From: Lama glama
Taxonomy: Eukaryota
DNA: 64,000 bases
Direction of reading: 5' to 3'
Assembly (NCBI GenBank): GCA_028534125.1
Contig: CM052817.1
Coordinates: forward strand, 97,342,001 to 97,406,000
Made by a program: the position numbers and the translations under genes. Shown here one piece after another: positions 14,521 to 27,372 of this stretch. Under the pieces are notes generated by a model, which was given only the letters and a program-made list of their open reading frames with translations, ran no database searches and was not told the DNA's origin. Position 1 is the first letter of the stretch. Every line of letters starts with the position of its first letter.

Positions 14521-14925
14521 TTTTTTTTTAATTGAAGTATAGTCAGTTTACAATGTGGTGTCAATTTCTGGTGTGAATGAACGTACACATATTCGTTTCC
14601 ATATTCTTTTTCACCTTAAGCTACTACAAGATATCGAATATAGTTCCCTGCGCTGTACAGTATGAACCTGTTTATCTATTCTATATATTATCAGTTAGCA
14701 TCTGCAAATCTCTGACTCCTCATTTGTTCCCTCCCACCACTCTTCCCTCAGCTAACCACAAATTTGTTCTCTGTTCTCTGCCAGAGAGTCCGTTTCTGCT
14801 TTGCAAATAAGTTCGTTTGTCTTCTTCTTTCTTTTAGGTTCCACATGTAAGTGATACCATGTAATATTTTTCTTTCTCTTTCTGGTTCATTCCACTTAGA
14901 ATGAAAATCTCCAGGTCCATCCATC
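14521..14925 (-). mobile_element. L1 3' end
   Basis: Poly-T, then aattgaagtatagtcagtttacaatg...ttccacatgtaagtgata...tccaggtccatccat. Confidence 0.88.
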
Positions 14926-15279
14926 GTTTACTCTACGTTTATAAAATAAATAAAAACAAAAATTAAATAAACAGAACTATCTGCTCATCACCTGACTCAG
15001 CGTAAACAGAGCAATGACAGAACCCTGGGTACTTTCCCTGGGTCTTTCCCTTTCTTAGAGCTCGAAGTCTGGGGCTGCTTCTTTGATTTCCTCCCTCTGA
15101 AAAGACTGGAAGCCCAAGGCTGCAGAAGGGCTGGTCTTTGGCTAGCTAAGAGCGCACGCACGCACACGCCGACTCAGTGCAGCTCCGTGCGGCCAACACG
15201 AAGGTCCACAAAAATGCGGAATGTATTTATTTAATTAGCTATCATCTTTTCTAAGTATCCTGCACCCCACTTTACTCTT

Positions 15280-15637
15280 TTTTTAACATTTTTTATTGAT
15301 TTATAGTCATTTTACAATGTTGTGTCAAATTCCAGTGTTCAGCACAATTTTTCAGTCATTCATGGACATGTACACACTCATTGTCACATTTTTTTTCTCT
15401 GTGATTTATCATAACGTTTTGTGTATATTTCCCTGTGCTATACAGAGTAATCTTGTTTATCTATTCTACAATTTTGAAATCCCAGTCTATCCCTTCCCAC
15501 CCTCTACCCCCCTGGTAACCACAAGTCTGTATTCTCTGTCCATGAGTCTTTAGATTCCACATATGAGCAATCTCATATGGTATTTTTCTTTCTCTTTCTG
15601 GCTTACTTCACTTAGAATGACATTCTCTAGGAGCATC
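15280..15637 (-). mobile_element. Young L1 3' end with perfect 15-bp TSD
   Basis: TSD ccccactttactctt at 15265-15279 and 15638-15652 flanks reverse-strand L1 3' UTR sequence. Confidence 0.92.
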
Positions 15638-15850
15638 CCCCACTTTACTCTTAAGGAAAAAAATCAAGAAAAAAAATCTACCAAATACTCTGCTTCTTCA
15701 TCCTTCTCTTCCCATCTCTGTCCCACTTTCTTCTGCCCCAACCCTGCTTTCATACATATTTCTGCTTCAAGAGAAAAGCTACCACTAGTATCAGAGGTAT
15801 GGGCCTATCTGGTCCTTGCAGAGCAGACATTGAAAGTGTTTCAGTATTTC

Positions 15851-16400
15851 TGCAAATGGCATTATTTTATTCTTTTTTATGGATGAGTAGTATTCCATTG
15901 AGTATATACAACACAATAAAGCCATTTGCAGCAACATGGATGGACCTAGAGATCATCATTCTAAGTGAAGTAAGCCAGAAAGAGGAAGAAAAATACTATA
16001 TGATAGCACTTATATGTGAAATATGGGGGGGAAAAAAAGAGGACATTAATGAACTCATCTACAAAACAGAAACAGACTTGCAGACATAGTAAATAATCTT
16101 ATGGTTACCAGGGGTACAGGGGGTGGGAAGGGATAAATTTGGGAGTTTGAGATTTGCAAATGTTAACCACTATATATAAAAATAGATAAAAATAAGTTTC
16201 GTCCCTATAGCACAGGGAACTATATTCAATATCTTATAATAACCTTGAATGAAAAAGAATATGAAAACAAATACATGCATGTGTATGTATGATTGGGACA
16301 TTGTGCTGTGCACCAGAAATTGACACACTGTAACTGACTGTACTCCCATTTTAAAAAATTTGGAATGAAAAAAAAAAAAGTAATATTAATGCCCCTTAAA
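15851..16400 (+). mobile_element. 5'-inverted L1 3' end
   Basis: 15851-15900 is antisense L1 and about 15912-16380 is sense L1 with an A-tail. Degenerate TSD aaagtgtttcagtatttc (15833-15850) / aaagtgttctaatatttc (16401-16418). Confidence 0.88.
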
Positions 16401-17033
16401 AAAGTGTTCTAATATTTCATTTAACTTGAAATCAAGACCATTTAGATATTTGCCAGTAGTGGAGTCACCTTTTCTTTAGCTAGTTCACTTATACCTCCTT
16501 CCTCACCATCTCTCTGTTGCTAAGGAAGAGGGAGAATGAGGCCCAAATCTCCCTCCAAGCAGATAGGTTGTGTGCTATGAGCAGTAAGCAGGTTTTTGTC
16601 CCTCTTTTCATTTACTCAATAGCATTACCAAGGACCTAGCATATACCAGGCATTGTTGTAAGTCCTTGATACATATCAGCTAACAGAATACACTAAAATC
16701 CCTGATGTTTGGAAATCATGTTCTCAGGCTGAGAGGGGGGTGGTGAAGCCAGGCTTGCAGACACATCCCTACTGGAAAGTAAAGGAATATTAATATATCG
16801 ATTAATTTTGGGAACAATTTTAAATTATTTTCCCCACTCTTACGAAAATCTCTCAAGCCTGCTTAAAACAGCCCTTCCTCAAAGCATGAAAAACCGAAAC
16901 GAAAGGTCTAGATTCAGTTAATGCAATGTAACTCCTATCTCTTATAAATGAGATGAGAGTCATGAGATTAAAGAACGTGTTCCCAAGAGTACTGAACCAG
17001 GACTTAAATATATACTTTCACCGTTTAATCCTG

Positions 17034-17068
17034 AGTGTGTGTGTGTGTGGGGGGGGGGTGTGTGTGTG
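17034..17068. repeat. (GT)n-G-run-(GT)n microsatellite
   Basis: Seen directly in the sequence. Confidence 0.9.
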
Positions 17069-18015
17069 AAAATGCCCTTGGAATTTGTTCAAGTAAATAT
17101 GCCAATCTTTTCTTGCTTTCACTGAGGTGTGGTAGCCCTTCAAATAAAAGGTACTCATACTTTTACAACTGATGTTAATATTGGATTTTTAATTACCTTC
17201 CAATGTTGCAGAAAGCCGTACTCACGAAAGGCAACTGCTAAATGCACCAAAATAACTTTTATCATTTTCCTGACATTCTTAAAAGCAATTACAGAAGCGT
17301 TTCTCTAAAGTTTAAAAAAATTAAGTTAGGCTTTTGCCTTTGGAACAGATCTGAGGAAAGATGAAAAACATTTTTAAAACAAGGCAAATGGCATAGATAT
17401 CAAAGCATATGTGACATTGTTTAGTGGTCAGAAGCAGTTTCACTGAAGTTTGTGAAAAAAATTTTTTTTCAGAGTGCCTATAGTGATGAAAGATGGTGAA
17501 GTCGAGGAAGGGCGTTCCTACAGGTTAAACAGCAACAAGGCAAGAAGCAGTGTAGAGGTCACTTAGATCCTTCTTGCTTCAAAAATGTCCTCCTGCCACC
17601 ACCGCTGCCAGAGGAGAAACAGAGGGACGGCCACCTGATACCACCACCAGCGATAGGAGGGATCCTCGCCTTCCTCTTTCTGTTTTATTATATGGAAATA
17701 CCTAAAGGAAGATTTACTAAATCTGCTGTGTTTCATCTCAGTGCCACAGAACTAGGACTCCCAGATGCCCAACTTGATTTCAAGGACACTGCATATACGC
17801 TCTATCAACACCTGCTTGCAACTGAAAATTTAAAACCTATATCAATATTCTCTTTTCTAGTGTCTGAAACAGTGTATATACTATGTGTCCTCTTTGGTAG
17901 AGAGAAAATATAAAAGATTTTCAAATAAAGGGAACATAATACAGATGTGTATACACATATGTATTTATATCTGGGCAAATTCTACATGGTTTAAAGAATA
18001 TGGTGACTAACATAA

Positions 18016-18108
18016 TTTTTTTTTTTTTTAGTGGAGGTACTGGGGATTGAACCCAGGACCTCATGCATGCTAAGCAGGTGCTCTACCACTGAGCTATACC
18101 CTCCCCTC
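18016..18108 (-). mobile_element. tRNA-derived camelid SINE (Vic-1-like)
   Basis: Minus strand GGGTATAGCTCAGTGGTAGAGCACCTGCTTAGCATGCATGAGGTCCTGGGTTCAATCCCCAGTACCTCCA plus an A-tail; A and B boxes present. Confidence 0.88.
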
Positions 18109-21100
18109 CACAATTCCTTTTAATACAGTAAAATAATGTTTAGGAATCAAGATGGCATCTTGGCCTTTCTTCCTCCCTTAATTTAGTAAAATATATCCAA
18201 ACTGATTACATCATTTTTAAAGACCCAGAAAAGAGGGAGTTGGCTCTGGGGACTTTGTGCTGGGATCCCAGCGGGGTGGGTCACAAGGATAGGAGGCAAC
18301 TTTCAGAAGCCAGTGTGGACACCTGAGGAGGGACACAGGGCTGGGACAAGAAAGTCCTGGGGAAGCATGAAGAGAAGAAAGGGAGGCTGACAAGGCGCAC
18401 CCAGAAAAAGCACGCCTGCCGGAGCCAGTGGGCACAGAGACGCCCAGAGTGGTGACAAGGAAAGCTTACGGGTAAGGGAGGCCATTGGAAACCAGTCAAC
18501 AGAATCACAGCCATCTGCACAGTGGTCACGGGGTTGAGCTCCAGAGCAGGAGATGAGGTGGCTGGCCTTGACCAGGTCAAGTTCAGGGGCAGAAATATAA
18601 CAATGTTGGGGCAGATAAACTGTGAGGTGCCGAAGTCTGCCTCACCCCAGCTTGTCCTGGCCTGCTGGAGCCCTGCCTGCCCTGGCCGATGGGCATGTTC
18701 AACCCAGACCACATCACAGGCAACAAAAGACAGGCCAGAAGGATCCATAGGCAGTAGAGAAAAGCACACCTTTTAAAAAACCAGGTAACCAGAAGCAGCA
18801 GAAGCTTTCCTAATATGCTAAGTGTTTTAAGGGAACTGCTGTTGAGAACAGATAGTGTTCAAAGAGACAAATGGTAAATAATTTATTGGAGTCCTGGAAA
18901 GGTGGATATACACTCGTTTGGTCAGGAAAGTTACCTAAAAATGACATGTATTTCCAAGGAAGAAACAGGTAATAATGGTAGATACCAATTTGAGATAGAA
19001 GGGAAAGCAATTCTCAAGTATGCATCCAAGTTCATTGTTTATCTTCTGGGCAGAGAAGACTATTTACTAATTGAGATAATTATAGCCACACTACATGGAA
19101 AGATTATTATAAGGGATAAGAATAAGAAGTTAAAAGTAGGAAAAAGGATTTGTGAGGATAGAAGAAAGAATTTTCAACTGTATGTTTGCAGAATAAGAAT
19201 ATAATTTGTTGAGGTCTAAGATTAAAAAATTTAAAAAAGTTCTGTTCAATTTTATTTCCAAAATTTAAATTATAGAAGCAAATAGGAGTTTATGAGGAAT
19301 TAAATTTGCTATAAAATAAAGCCAACTTTATATTATAAACCATATGAAAAACAATATTTTATAAATATTAATTATGAAATGTTATAAGAATTTATGTAAC
19401 TAATAAATTAATATTACCATGTGCCATTCATATAACTAATAGGAAGAAAATCTAGACTTTCCAAGACTCAATGGATATCAAGCAACTCTGAACAAATTTC
19501 TAATTCCATTTACCCCTCCTGAAATGGGGAAATACATTTCAACATAGGCTTATTTAAATAAACACATTATGTGTGAATAATATAAAATGTGATCGTAATA
19601 AATATGGGATAATTTGGTTTGTGAAATTTCATAGTAATACTTATTATTCATAAACCTCTTCTTTTCTTAAAGCAAGTTTCAAAATCATTCTAAAATACAC
19701 AGACTACAGTGAACTCAATGGAAGATTTCCACCTCACTCAGAACCTTGGAGTCCTTACCATAGACATTTTATGAGAGCCTTAATATGTTCAACCCAAGAA
19801 CATTTCCTGGTGTGGGGCAGGGGGAGCACATGCAGGGCAGGGGCACCCCTGGAATGATGTGCTATTTTGTTGATTTCCTATTAACTACTGGAATTCTGCA
19901 TACAAATTAGCAATTGCAGGCTCTGATTAACTTGGATATATTTAACTGTGGGTTTCTGGAGTGTATTTTAAATACACACGATTCTGTTGTAGTGGGTCTT
20001 ACGATGTGCATTCTATAGCTCTTGAAGTTGATCCAGAATATAGTAATGAGACTCCAAAGAGAGAAGAGTTTAGTCTTATTAGTCATAAATGCATAAAGTT
20101 GAAGACCTAGTATAACAATTAAACAAATCATGGCATTACAGTAATAACAGCAGACCTTATCCAAAACGAGATAAGGGACGAGCAGTTACACAAGGGCATT
20201 TGTTTAGCAATTAGAACGGGATAAAATAGACAAGTGTGGGCACTCTCCCGTTCCCACAATGAGTCACAGACTATTCCTGAGAAACAAACGTCAATCATCC
20301 AGAAGGGAACCACGATTTCCTGTTATTTGTTCAAGAGAAACTGGGGTAATACTTCACAGAGGTGTAAGGGAAGGCAACAGGTTTACTATTTTTCTTTTAC
20401 ACTAGGAAATGTTTTTAGTGCTAAGTTATAGCACTAATAACATTACCCAGTGATAAATTTCTCTTATAAGCAGTTTCAAGAATACTGACAGTTGTTTTTT
20501 CACTCATTAAAATAACGACTTACCTTTGTACATTATTTTAAGCAATATTAAGACTGATCAAAATTTACTCTGTGTTTAGTGACTTAATAATACTATTTAA
20601 TAGATTTGTTTCACTGGCTCTTTTAGAAGCAAGCACTCAATTTATAAAAGGAATGAAAATATTTGTAAGTAATATTTTTGTATTACTCTTTAAATATCAA
20701 ACATTTTAGGGGAATTAGATCTAGAGGAGCAAGTTAAAGATTAGTATCACTTTACTTTTTGATAAATAGCACAAAATCCTACAAAGTGGAATGTTTTCAT
20801 AAATAAAAGCTTAAATTTCAGTTCTAAAAGAATTCTAGTTGGTTACTTTGTAATATTAAGCAAGATAATGAATACCCAGAGAAAACATTTAAAGACTATT
20901 AAAACTCTATGAATCATCACTGTATAGAAAATAGGATGTCCTGGAATTCTCATGGCTATGGGGCAGCCTCACAGGTATATAAAATACCCCATAATTTTCA
21001 ATATTATAATAAACTGTCTAAATCCCCAAGAATTAATCTACATCAAAACTGTAGGTATTCCTTTATTTATGCCGTAAAGTTCAAGTGAATAACAGGAAAT

Positions 21101-21620
21101 AAAAGTTTTACAAATGGTACCCCAATTTAAAATAATCCACGCCCCAGGAAGGGGGCGCCCACTCCCTGCCCCACCCAGCACGCGTGCCAGAAATCCTGCG
21201 AGCTCCGTGGCAGCGGCTACACTTGTGATCAGCACCCGGAGCCAACGGCAAAGGTCAAGACTTGGGAAGACAGGAAGCAGCTCTACACCTGCGGGACCTG
21301 CTTCATAAAAGTCCACAGCCTCCGTCATGGTATGAATTTCCTTCCTGGGAGCCAAAGTCTATTTTCTAGGAGGAAGTGAAAACAGATTCCTAGCAGCCCA
21401 AGATGGAACTGTACACTATGAATAACATTATTTAGTTAAGGAACTATCTTTAAGGACACGCTTCAAAGGACTTACAGAACCAAGGTTTGAGATGCAACTT
21501 ATTTTGTAAGTTGAAGACTGCATTCAGATTTGCTAAACGACGTGTAAAATTTTCAGAGGACCCTGGTCTGATTACAACTGAGAATCTGGGAAGACTAAGA
21601 ATGAACTCATGACCATAAAT

Positions 21621-21660
21621 ATAACTATATAACTATATATATACACACATACATATACAT

Positions 21661-21695
<35 letters not shown>
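21621..21695. repeat. Compound (TA)n/(CA)n microsatellite
   Basis: Seen directly in the sequence. Confidence 0.9.
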
Positions 21696-24624
21696 AATAA
21701 AAAGTTTTGGATAATACCTGGTTCTTCTCCCATACCACATCCCAGATACTACACCATTCAAGAAAGCACAATTTTTCTTATGACCCTGTCAGGAAATATA
21801 TCCCTAAGAAATTTTATCCGTTGAGAACTACATTGAATTTTTAAACTTAAAATGCACATATTCACCCATAGATAACACATGCAGAATACTGTATTTCAGA
21901 CTACTATGTAGAGAGACAAAAATATGTATTCTTTAAAATGAAAACTACTCATTTTTTTTTTTTAACATTTTGGCTTTGAAATCAATCTTGAATTTTCAAC
22001 CCAAGTATGGGCGAAGGGAAAAAAAGTCAAGACTGGCTTCTTGGCTTATAAAATAGCTAAATTTTACCCTATTATGCTGGTGGAAAAGTTTCAAAAATCA
22101 TTAGTAGCAAAACAAAAGTGAGTACATTAGACCAAAACTTGGTGGAGAACAGAACACTAAATGAACACAATCTCTAATTCCTTTTCTTATGTTAGTGGAG
22201 GTGCTGTAACTCGAAGACCATGCATTTTATCCAAGACTTAACGGGAAGAGGAAAGACCACAGTCTAAAAATTCACGACTAACAATTTAAAAATAAAGTAT
22301 GAGCAAGGCCAGGCCCTAAGCCTTCCAGCTACGAGTATCAACCAGAGGGGTTCAGAGTATTTATAAGAAAGCAATGGACATGTCGACAGCTTTATATACA
22401 CCTTACCCTTTAGGATGTAGGATGAACCAACAATTTAACTTGAATCAAGTCAAGGATTGCCTCCATTCCCTACCACATTTTGTAAAGTAGTAATTTTAGC
22501 TTCAAACTGACAAAAAGATCTTATTCTCACCTTCAAATCATCTGTTTACATCAGGAAAAGTGTATCTTTTAGCATCAGTAGCTAAATGTATCCTTTAACA
22601 GAATTTCACTGAGCTCCTTATGGGAGAATAAACCTAGTTTTCAATAACTGTTCAAAGAAATTTTAAAGCATAGTGTATCCTCACAATTTTCCCGAAGTGC
22701 CCTTTTTGCTAACTCTTGTAAGAATGAACATGAGCCTCCTTCCCTGGAGAAATGAAAGTGACTTGTCCTACAATTTTTCAGCTCATAAATACAGTTACCC
22801 GTTCACCTGGAAGGGTTAACATGGAAAGAAAGTTAGGAGCAGGACCAAAAAGAATGCCAATTATAGTAAAGAAAAACCCAGTGTACTTAGAAATGATAAG
22901 AATAGGACAGGGCTTTCCGGCCCAGTGTATCACGAAACAGAATTAATTGTTTTAGAGCAGATGCATGTGCATGGTATTCTCTCTGGTAAACACGTATTAA
23001 GAGAAGGGAAACAGACTCATATGCATTACTTCCCCTTTTATGCTAATTTTTGATTACTGAAATGTGTCTGACAGATGGGGTGAAGGCTAGTTGGGGAAAG
23101 CATCGAGCAGAAAAAGAAACTAAGTCCCAGGCCTCCTGGGGTCCTAGGGCCAGAGCTGCAGGCACCTGTGGGAGCCACTTCCTTGAGCACTCCACTCCGC
23201 CTCTGGCATCCCTTCGCCTCCCGCTGATACTTCATTCTCTCCTGCTCCCCTGCTCTCTAAATTCAAGCTGTCATGGCTTTGACGTTCCCTGTTTTTTAAT
23301 TTTACCCTATTGTTTAATTACAATCCCCAAAGGAGAGGAGACAGACCATGATGCTGGTTAGTGAACCCTATTGGGGAAAAGGGTGGGTGAAAGATGAGAG
23401 AAAGCATTTTTAGTTTTCTTCTATAAAACCAGTGGCCCTGGTTATATGAAAGTGCAGGGATAATTGCTGAACTACAGTTAACTATATTTAATTGAAACAA
23501 AAGTTCCAATTAATTCAAGCACAGCTGAGTACATTCTATGATTCTATAAATTATGATTCTATGTTCTTTCCTAATATAAAAACGGAACACTTTATGTACA
23601 TTTACATACTTTCAGTCATTAATGAATGTTTTTATTTACATTTTCTCCTTCATGATTAAGAAAATTCAACTGTAAAACATTCAAATCCTCATGTACTTTA
23701 AAGCTTCAAAAATCAATGTTTTTGCAGATATTTCCTATGCTTTGCGCTTTCTCAATTTAAGTTCCAACTATGCCCTAGACTCCACTGCCTTATGCCTTAT
23801 GAAGAGACCTGGTTCAGTGTCAACACTCTGAATTTTCATCTTCTGTGCTCTTTATACTGCTCAATTCAGTCCCACAAATACTCAGCAAGAATCTCTGCTG
23901 TGCAGGGCATCGTGCTACATGTTTTGGGAGATGGGAAGATGATTCCCATCCTTTCAGGGAACCAATAGAGAAGCACAAATATATGTAAAGATGATCATAT
24001 GTAATATTTATTTGTGTTATAACATTTATAGAAATGGTGTCATAGAAACAAAACAGAACAAGATTAGTTCATTTTAGAGGCAGTAAAATAATAACCTGAG
24101 GTGGGCCTGGAAGTACAGGTAAGATTTTAACACCTGTACATTTTCACTAACTTATCTGAGTATCTCTCTTCGATTATTTGTTTACTACATGGTCGGCTCA
24201 GACAACAATTAAAAATAGAACCACTTTATATAACAGGAATGTTAGGAGAAAAAGTGTTCATGATAAATACTGCAGGCAAGCCTAACATATATTACAGTAT
24301 AAAAGTATGTGCAGTCGGGATAAAAGTAGAAAAGTCAAATAGGCTATCCCTTCAACAAACATGCACTGAGCAGGTTCACAGAATACAGGGAGGATGGTGA
24401 CAAAGTTCCTGCTGGGAAGGAGCAAGGAAACAAAGCAGAAAGCCCCAAATTAAACAGTGTGTATGTGCGTGTGCATGCGCACGCACGCGGACAAGTAGGT
24501 GGGTGTGGGTGTACATAACCAAAGGAACAGAAATACCAGGAATTGCCCGAAACTCATTTGGCAAAAATAATCTAAAGAGTTCCAAGAGTGGTGATGAGAG
24601 AAGGAAAATAAAAGTCAAGGAAAG

Positions 24625-24941
24625 GATACAAACGAACGTACTTACAAAACAGAAACGGACTCATAGACACAGAAAACAAACTTACGGTTACCAGGCAGGG
24701 AGAAGGGGTGGGAAGAGATAAACTGGGAGTTAAAGAGATCTGCAGGTACTAACTACTACATATAAAACAGATAAACAAATTTATACTATATAGCATAGAA
24801 AACTATATTCATTATCTTGTCGTGACCTATAATGAAAAAGAATGTGAAAAGGAATATATGGACGCACATGTATGATTAAAACATTATGCTGTACACCAGA
24901 CGTTTATACAACATTATAAACTGTACCTCAATAAGAAAAAC
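24625..24941 (+). mobile_element. L1 3' end with 12-bp TSD
   Basis: gatacaaacgaacgtacttacaaaacagaa...gctgtacaccaga. TSD agtcaaggaaag at 24613-24624 and 24942-24953. Confidence 0.9.
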
Positions 24942-26859
24942 AGTCAAGGAAAGACTGGAGTAGGTGAAAAGACCGAATAGCAAGGCAGGAACACAAGATG
25001 GGCATGAGTGAAAGATGACAGTAACAGAAGAGTGGAATTTACAATGAGGAGAGAAGCCAAGAGGGTGGTCTGGAAGGCTGAGGGCTGCAGGACTCTGTAG
25101 GGAATGTAAGGAACAGAAAACAGCTAAGAAAGTGTGAGATGATGTTAGAAGGGCAAGGAAGGAAACAGAGCTGAGAAAAAAAAATCACACCTAGAAAACT
25201 CTAAAAAATTATTTAAATATTCTGTGTGCTACAAATGCAAACACACAGCGCATGAAAGAAGGAAAACAGTCAGAATAACTGGATCACCTTAAAGAGAAGA
25301 GCATGTGAAGGAAGATGATAACTGAAGGAAAAGCAAATAAAATTTAAAATGACCTTACTTAAGAATATGCCAGTTTTAGTGAGCCAGTTTAGGTAAGCCA
25401 GTTCTAGTCATTACACATAACTGAAAGGATCACAAGAATATAAGCACCACCAGTCAGTCTTATTTCTACAGAAAGGACATTACAAAATTGATGAGCTTTT
25501 TCAAAAGAATACTAAACTTTTCAATAAATGATGCCAGGTTTATAACACTTAGGATCAATAAATAGTGTTTCCTTTGTGCCAAGGAATATTTTTGTAAAGA
25601 ATCCATCAATAAGGGAAACACAAGGGTGACCGTGACCCCAAGAACTCCCTATGTTCTTCCCCCATCGTGATTTCTACTGACAACTGTTATATTTTAGGAT
25701 TTCTCAAAGAACTATCAAGAAATTTCAGAAGTATTAACAATCTCAAGCTCAGATGATCGTTGTTTTTCAGCTGAACAGCCTATCTAGCCAGACATTCAGT
25801 TCCTTATCTGGCTCTTTTTGCAATGCAACTGGCAGAAGGCACTTAAAATTTCTCTCCACTTACAGAGCATAGAAGAAAAGTGCTAAAAAATTATGTACTC
25901 TATGACAATAAAAACAGCAACTTGTAATTCAGTTCTTGGTTAATTCATAACTGCTGCTTGGGCAACAAATAACTTAGTTCATTAATTCATATTTGATTAC
26001 ATCAGTTGCTGGTAAATCATTATTCGATTTTCAACAGTAGGAATGACAGAAATTCAAAAGCACATGAACCCCTTCCTGTCACATACAAGACAACTGAGGG
26101 TGAGGACGGTTACCAGTCCATCTCTACCCACATGAGCGATCACTACTTCCAAGGTGTTCCCATACCAATACATTCATGTTAGGAAGTGTTTTTATTGACC
26201 TTCTATCACATGAGAGACAACAACAGAAGAAAAGACGAGACAATGTCAGAGGGAAGGGACAGGGCACTGAGGAGGGTTCAGTGTGGACACATCTCTGCTG
26301 ACACTTAGTCGTCTGGGTTCTTCCCTGCATATACACGTCCATGAGCCTGATGACACCATGAGAGGACAGTCTGACTTTCCAGTCTTTGGGTCCCCAGCAA
26401 AAGGCTGACATCAATGCATGTTTGCTGACATAAAAGCATGAATAAGTGAAGCAAAGGATGCTGAACACATCTTCATAGCTAGGTCGTGGCAGAATCAAGT
26501 CCAGTACTGCCCAGAGACCTTTACTTTTCCCTAGAAGAGTAATAGGTGTGTTCCTTTTCATAACAATCAGGTAAGTGAATAAGTACTTTCAGGTTATTGC
26601 CTCTAAGGGCTCCTGCTAGTCCATCTTGCTGTCAAGCATCTTCCTGTTCCTGCCTTCTGACCAGCAACGAAGGTGAACAGATTCACGACTGTCTACCTTG
26701 TGAGCCCAGCCTTATTTGATGCTGTGCTCCAGTGAGCGCCTTCTGCCATCAGATGGCACACTGGCTCACAGCAGCAGAATCCCAGGCCACTGTCCAAACC
26801 TCCTGACCTTCAAGGGGAGGAGGAAGGAAATGAACATGTGCTGAACGTAAACACACTGA

Positions 26860-27045
26860 GGGGCTAGAGTCTTTCCGTGCATTCTTCTATTTAATTCTAC
26901 AGACAAGTCTGCTTGCTACAGACAACCGTTCTCATTTTATAGATGAAAAACTCAGGCGAAATGAAACTACCCTGTGGTTACACAACGGGTACCTAGGAGA
27001 GGCAGACTTGAACCCCGGTTAGCAAGACTTGCAAGCCAGTGCTCT
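26860..27045 (-). mobile_element. MIR
   Basis: Contains the MIR core cattttatagatgaaaaactcagg...gacttgaaccccgg. Confidence 0.6.
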
Positions 27046-27269
27046 CTTGACATCTCTCTGGATCGTACAACATCGAGCTCATTCCCAGGAGAGCCCGGAT
27101 CTCCTGATGTGAGCTGCAGCAGCTCTGGGAGTCCCACTCCAGCACTGTCATGTGTTTATTTCAGTGCGAAAAAGTGACTGAGGATACTAGACGAGACCAG
27201 GGCTCAGGATGTTTTCTGCTCCAAGAAGGAAGTGGCTTTGTCCTTGTTGCAGCCTTTCTCATGGAATGA

Positions 27270-27372
27270 ATGCGTGTATACAGGTACAGCTGAATCACTA
27301 TGCTCGACACCAGAAACTAACACAACGTTGCAAACTGACTATCCTTCAATTAAAACAAGAACAACATAAAAC
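27270..27372 (+). mobile_element. Short L1 3' tail
   Basis: ctgaatcactatgctcgacaccagaaactaacacaacgttgcaaactgactatccttcaattaaaa. Confidence 0.8.

Noticed and set aside
15799..16089. 96-aa ORF containing PFAATWMDLEIIILSEVSQKE
   Set aside because: The C-terminus of L1 ORF2 inside a truncated insertion.
18031..18104. tRNA-like sequences (also about 35888 and 45637)
   Set aside because: A-tails, TSDs on two copies and mutual divergence identify them as SINE copies, not tRNA genes.
18140..19450. Possible old L1 5'/ORF1 or HAL1 remnant, with a 162-aa minus ORF
   Set aside because: Composition is suggestive (aagatggc start, GC-rich then A-rich) but I could not match diagnostic motifs, and the ORF resembles no protein family I know.
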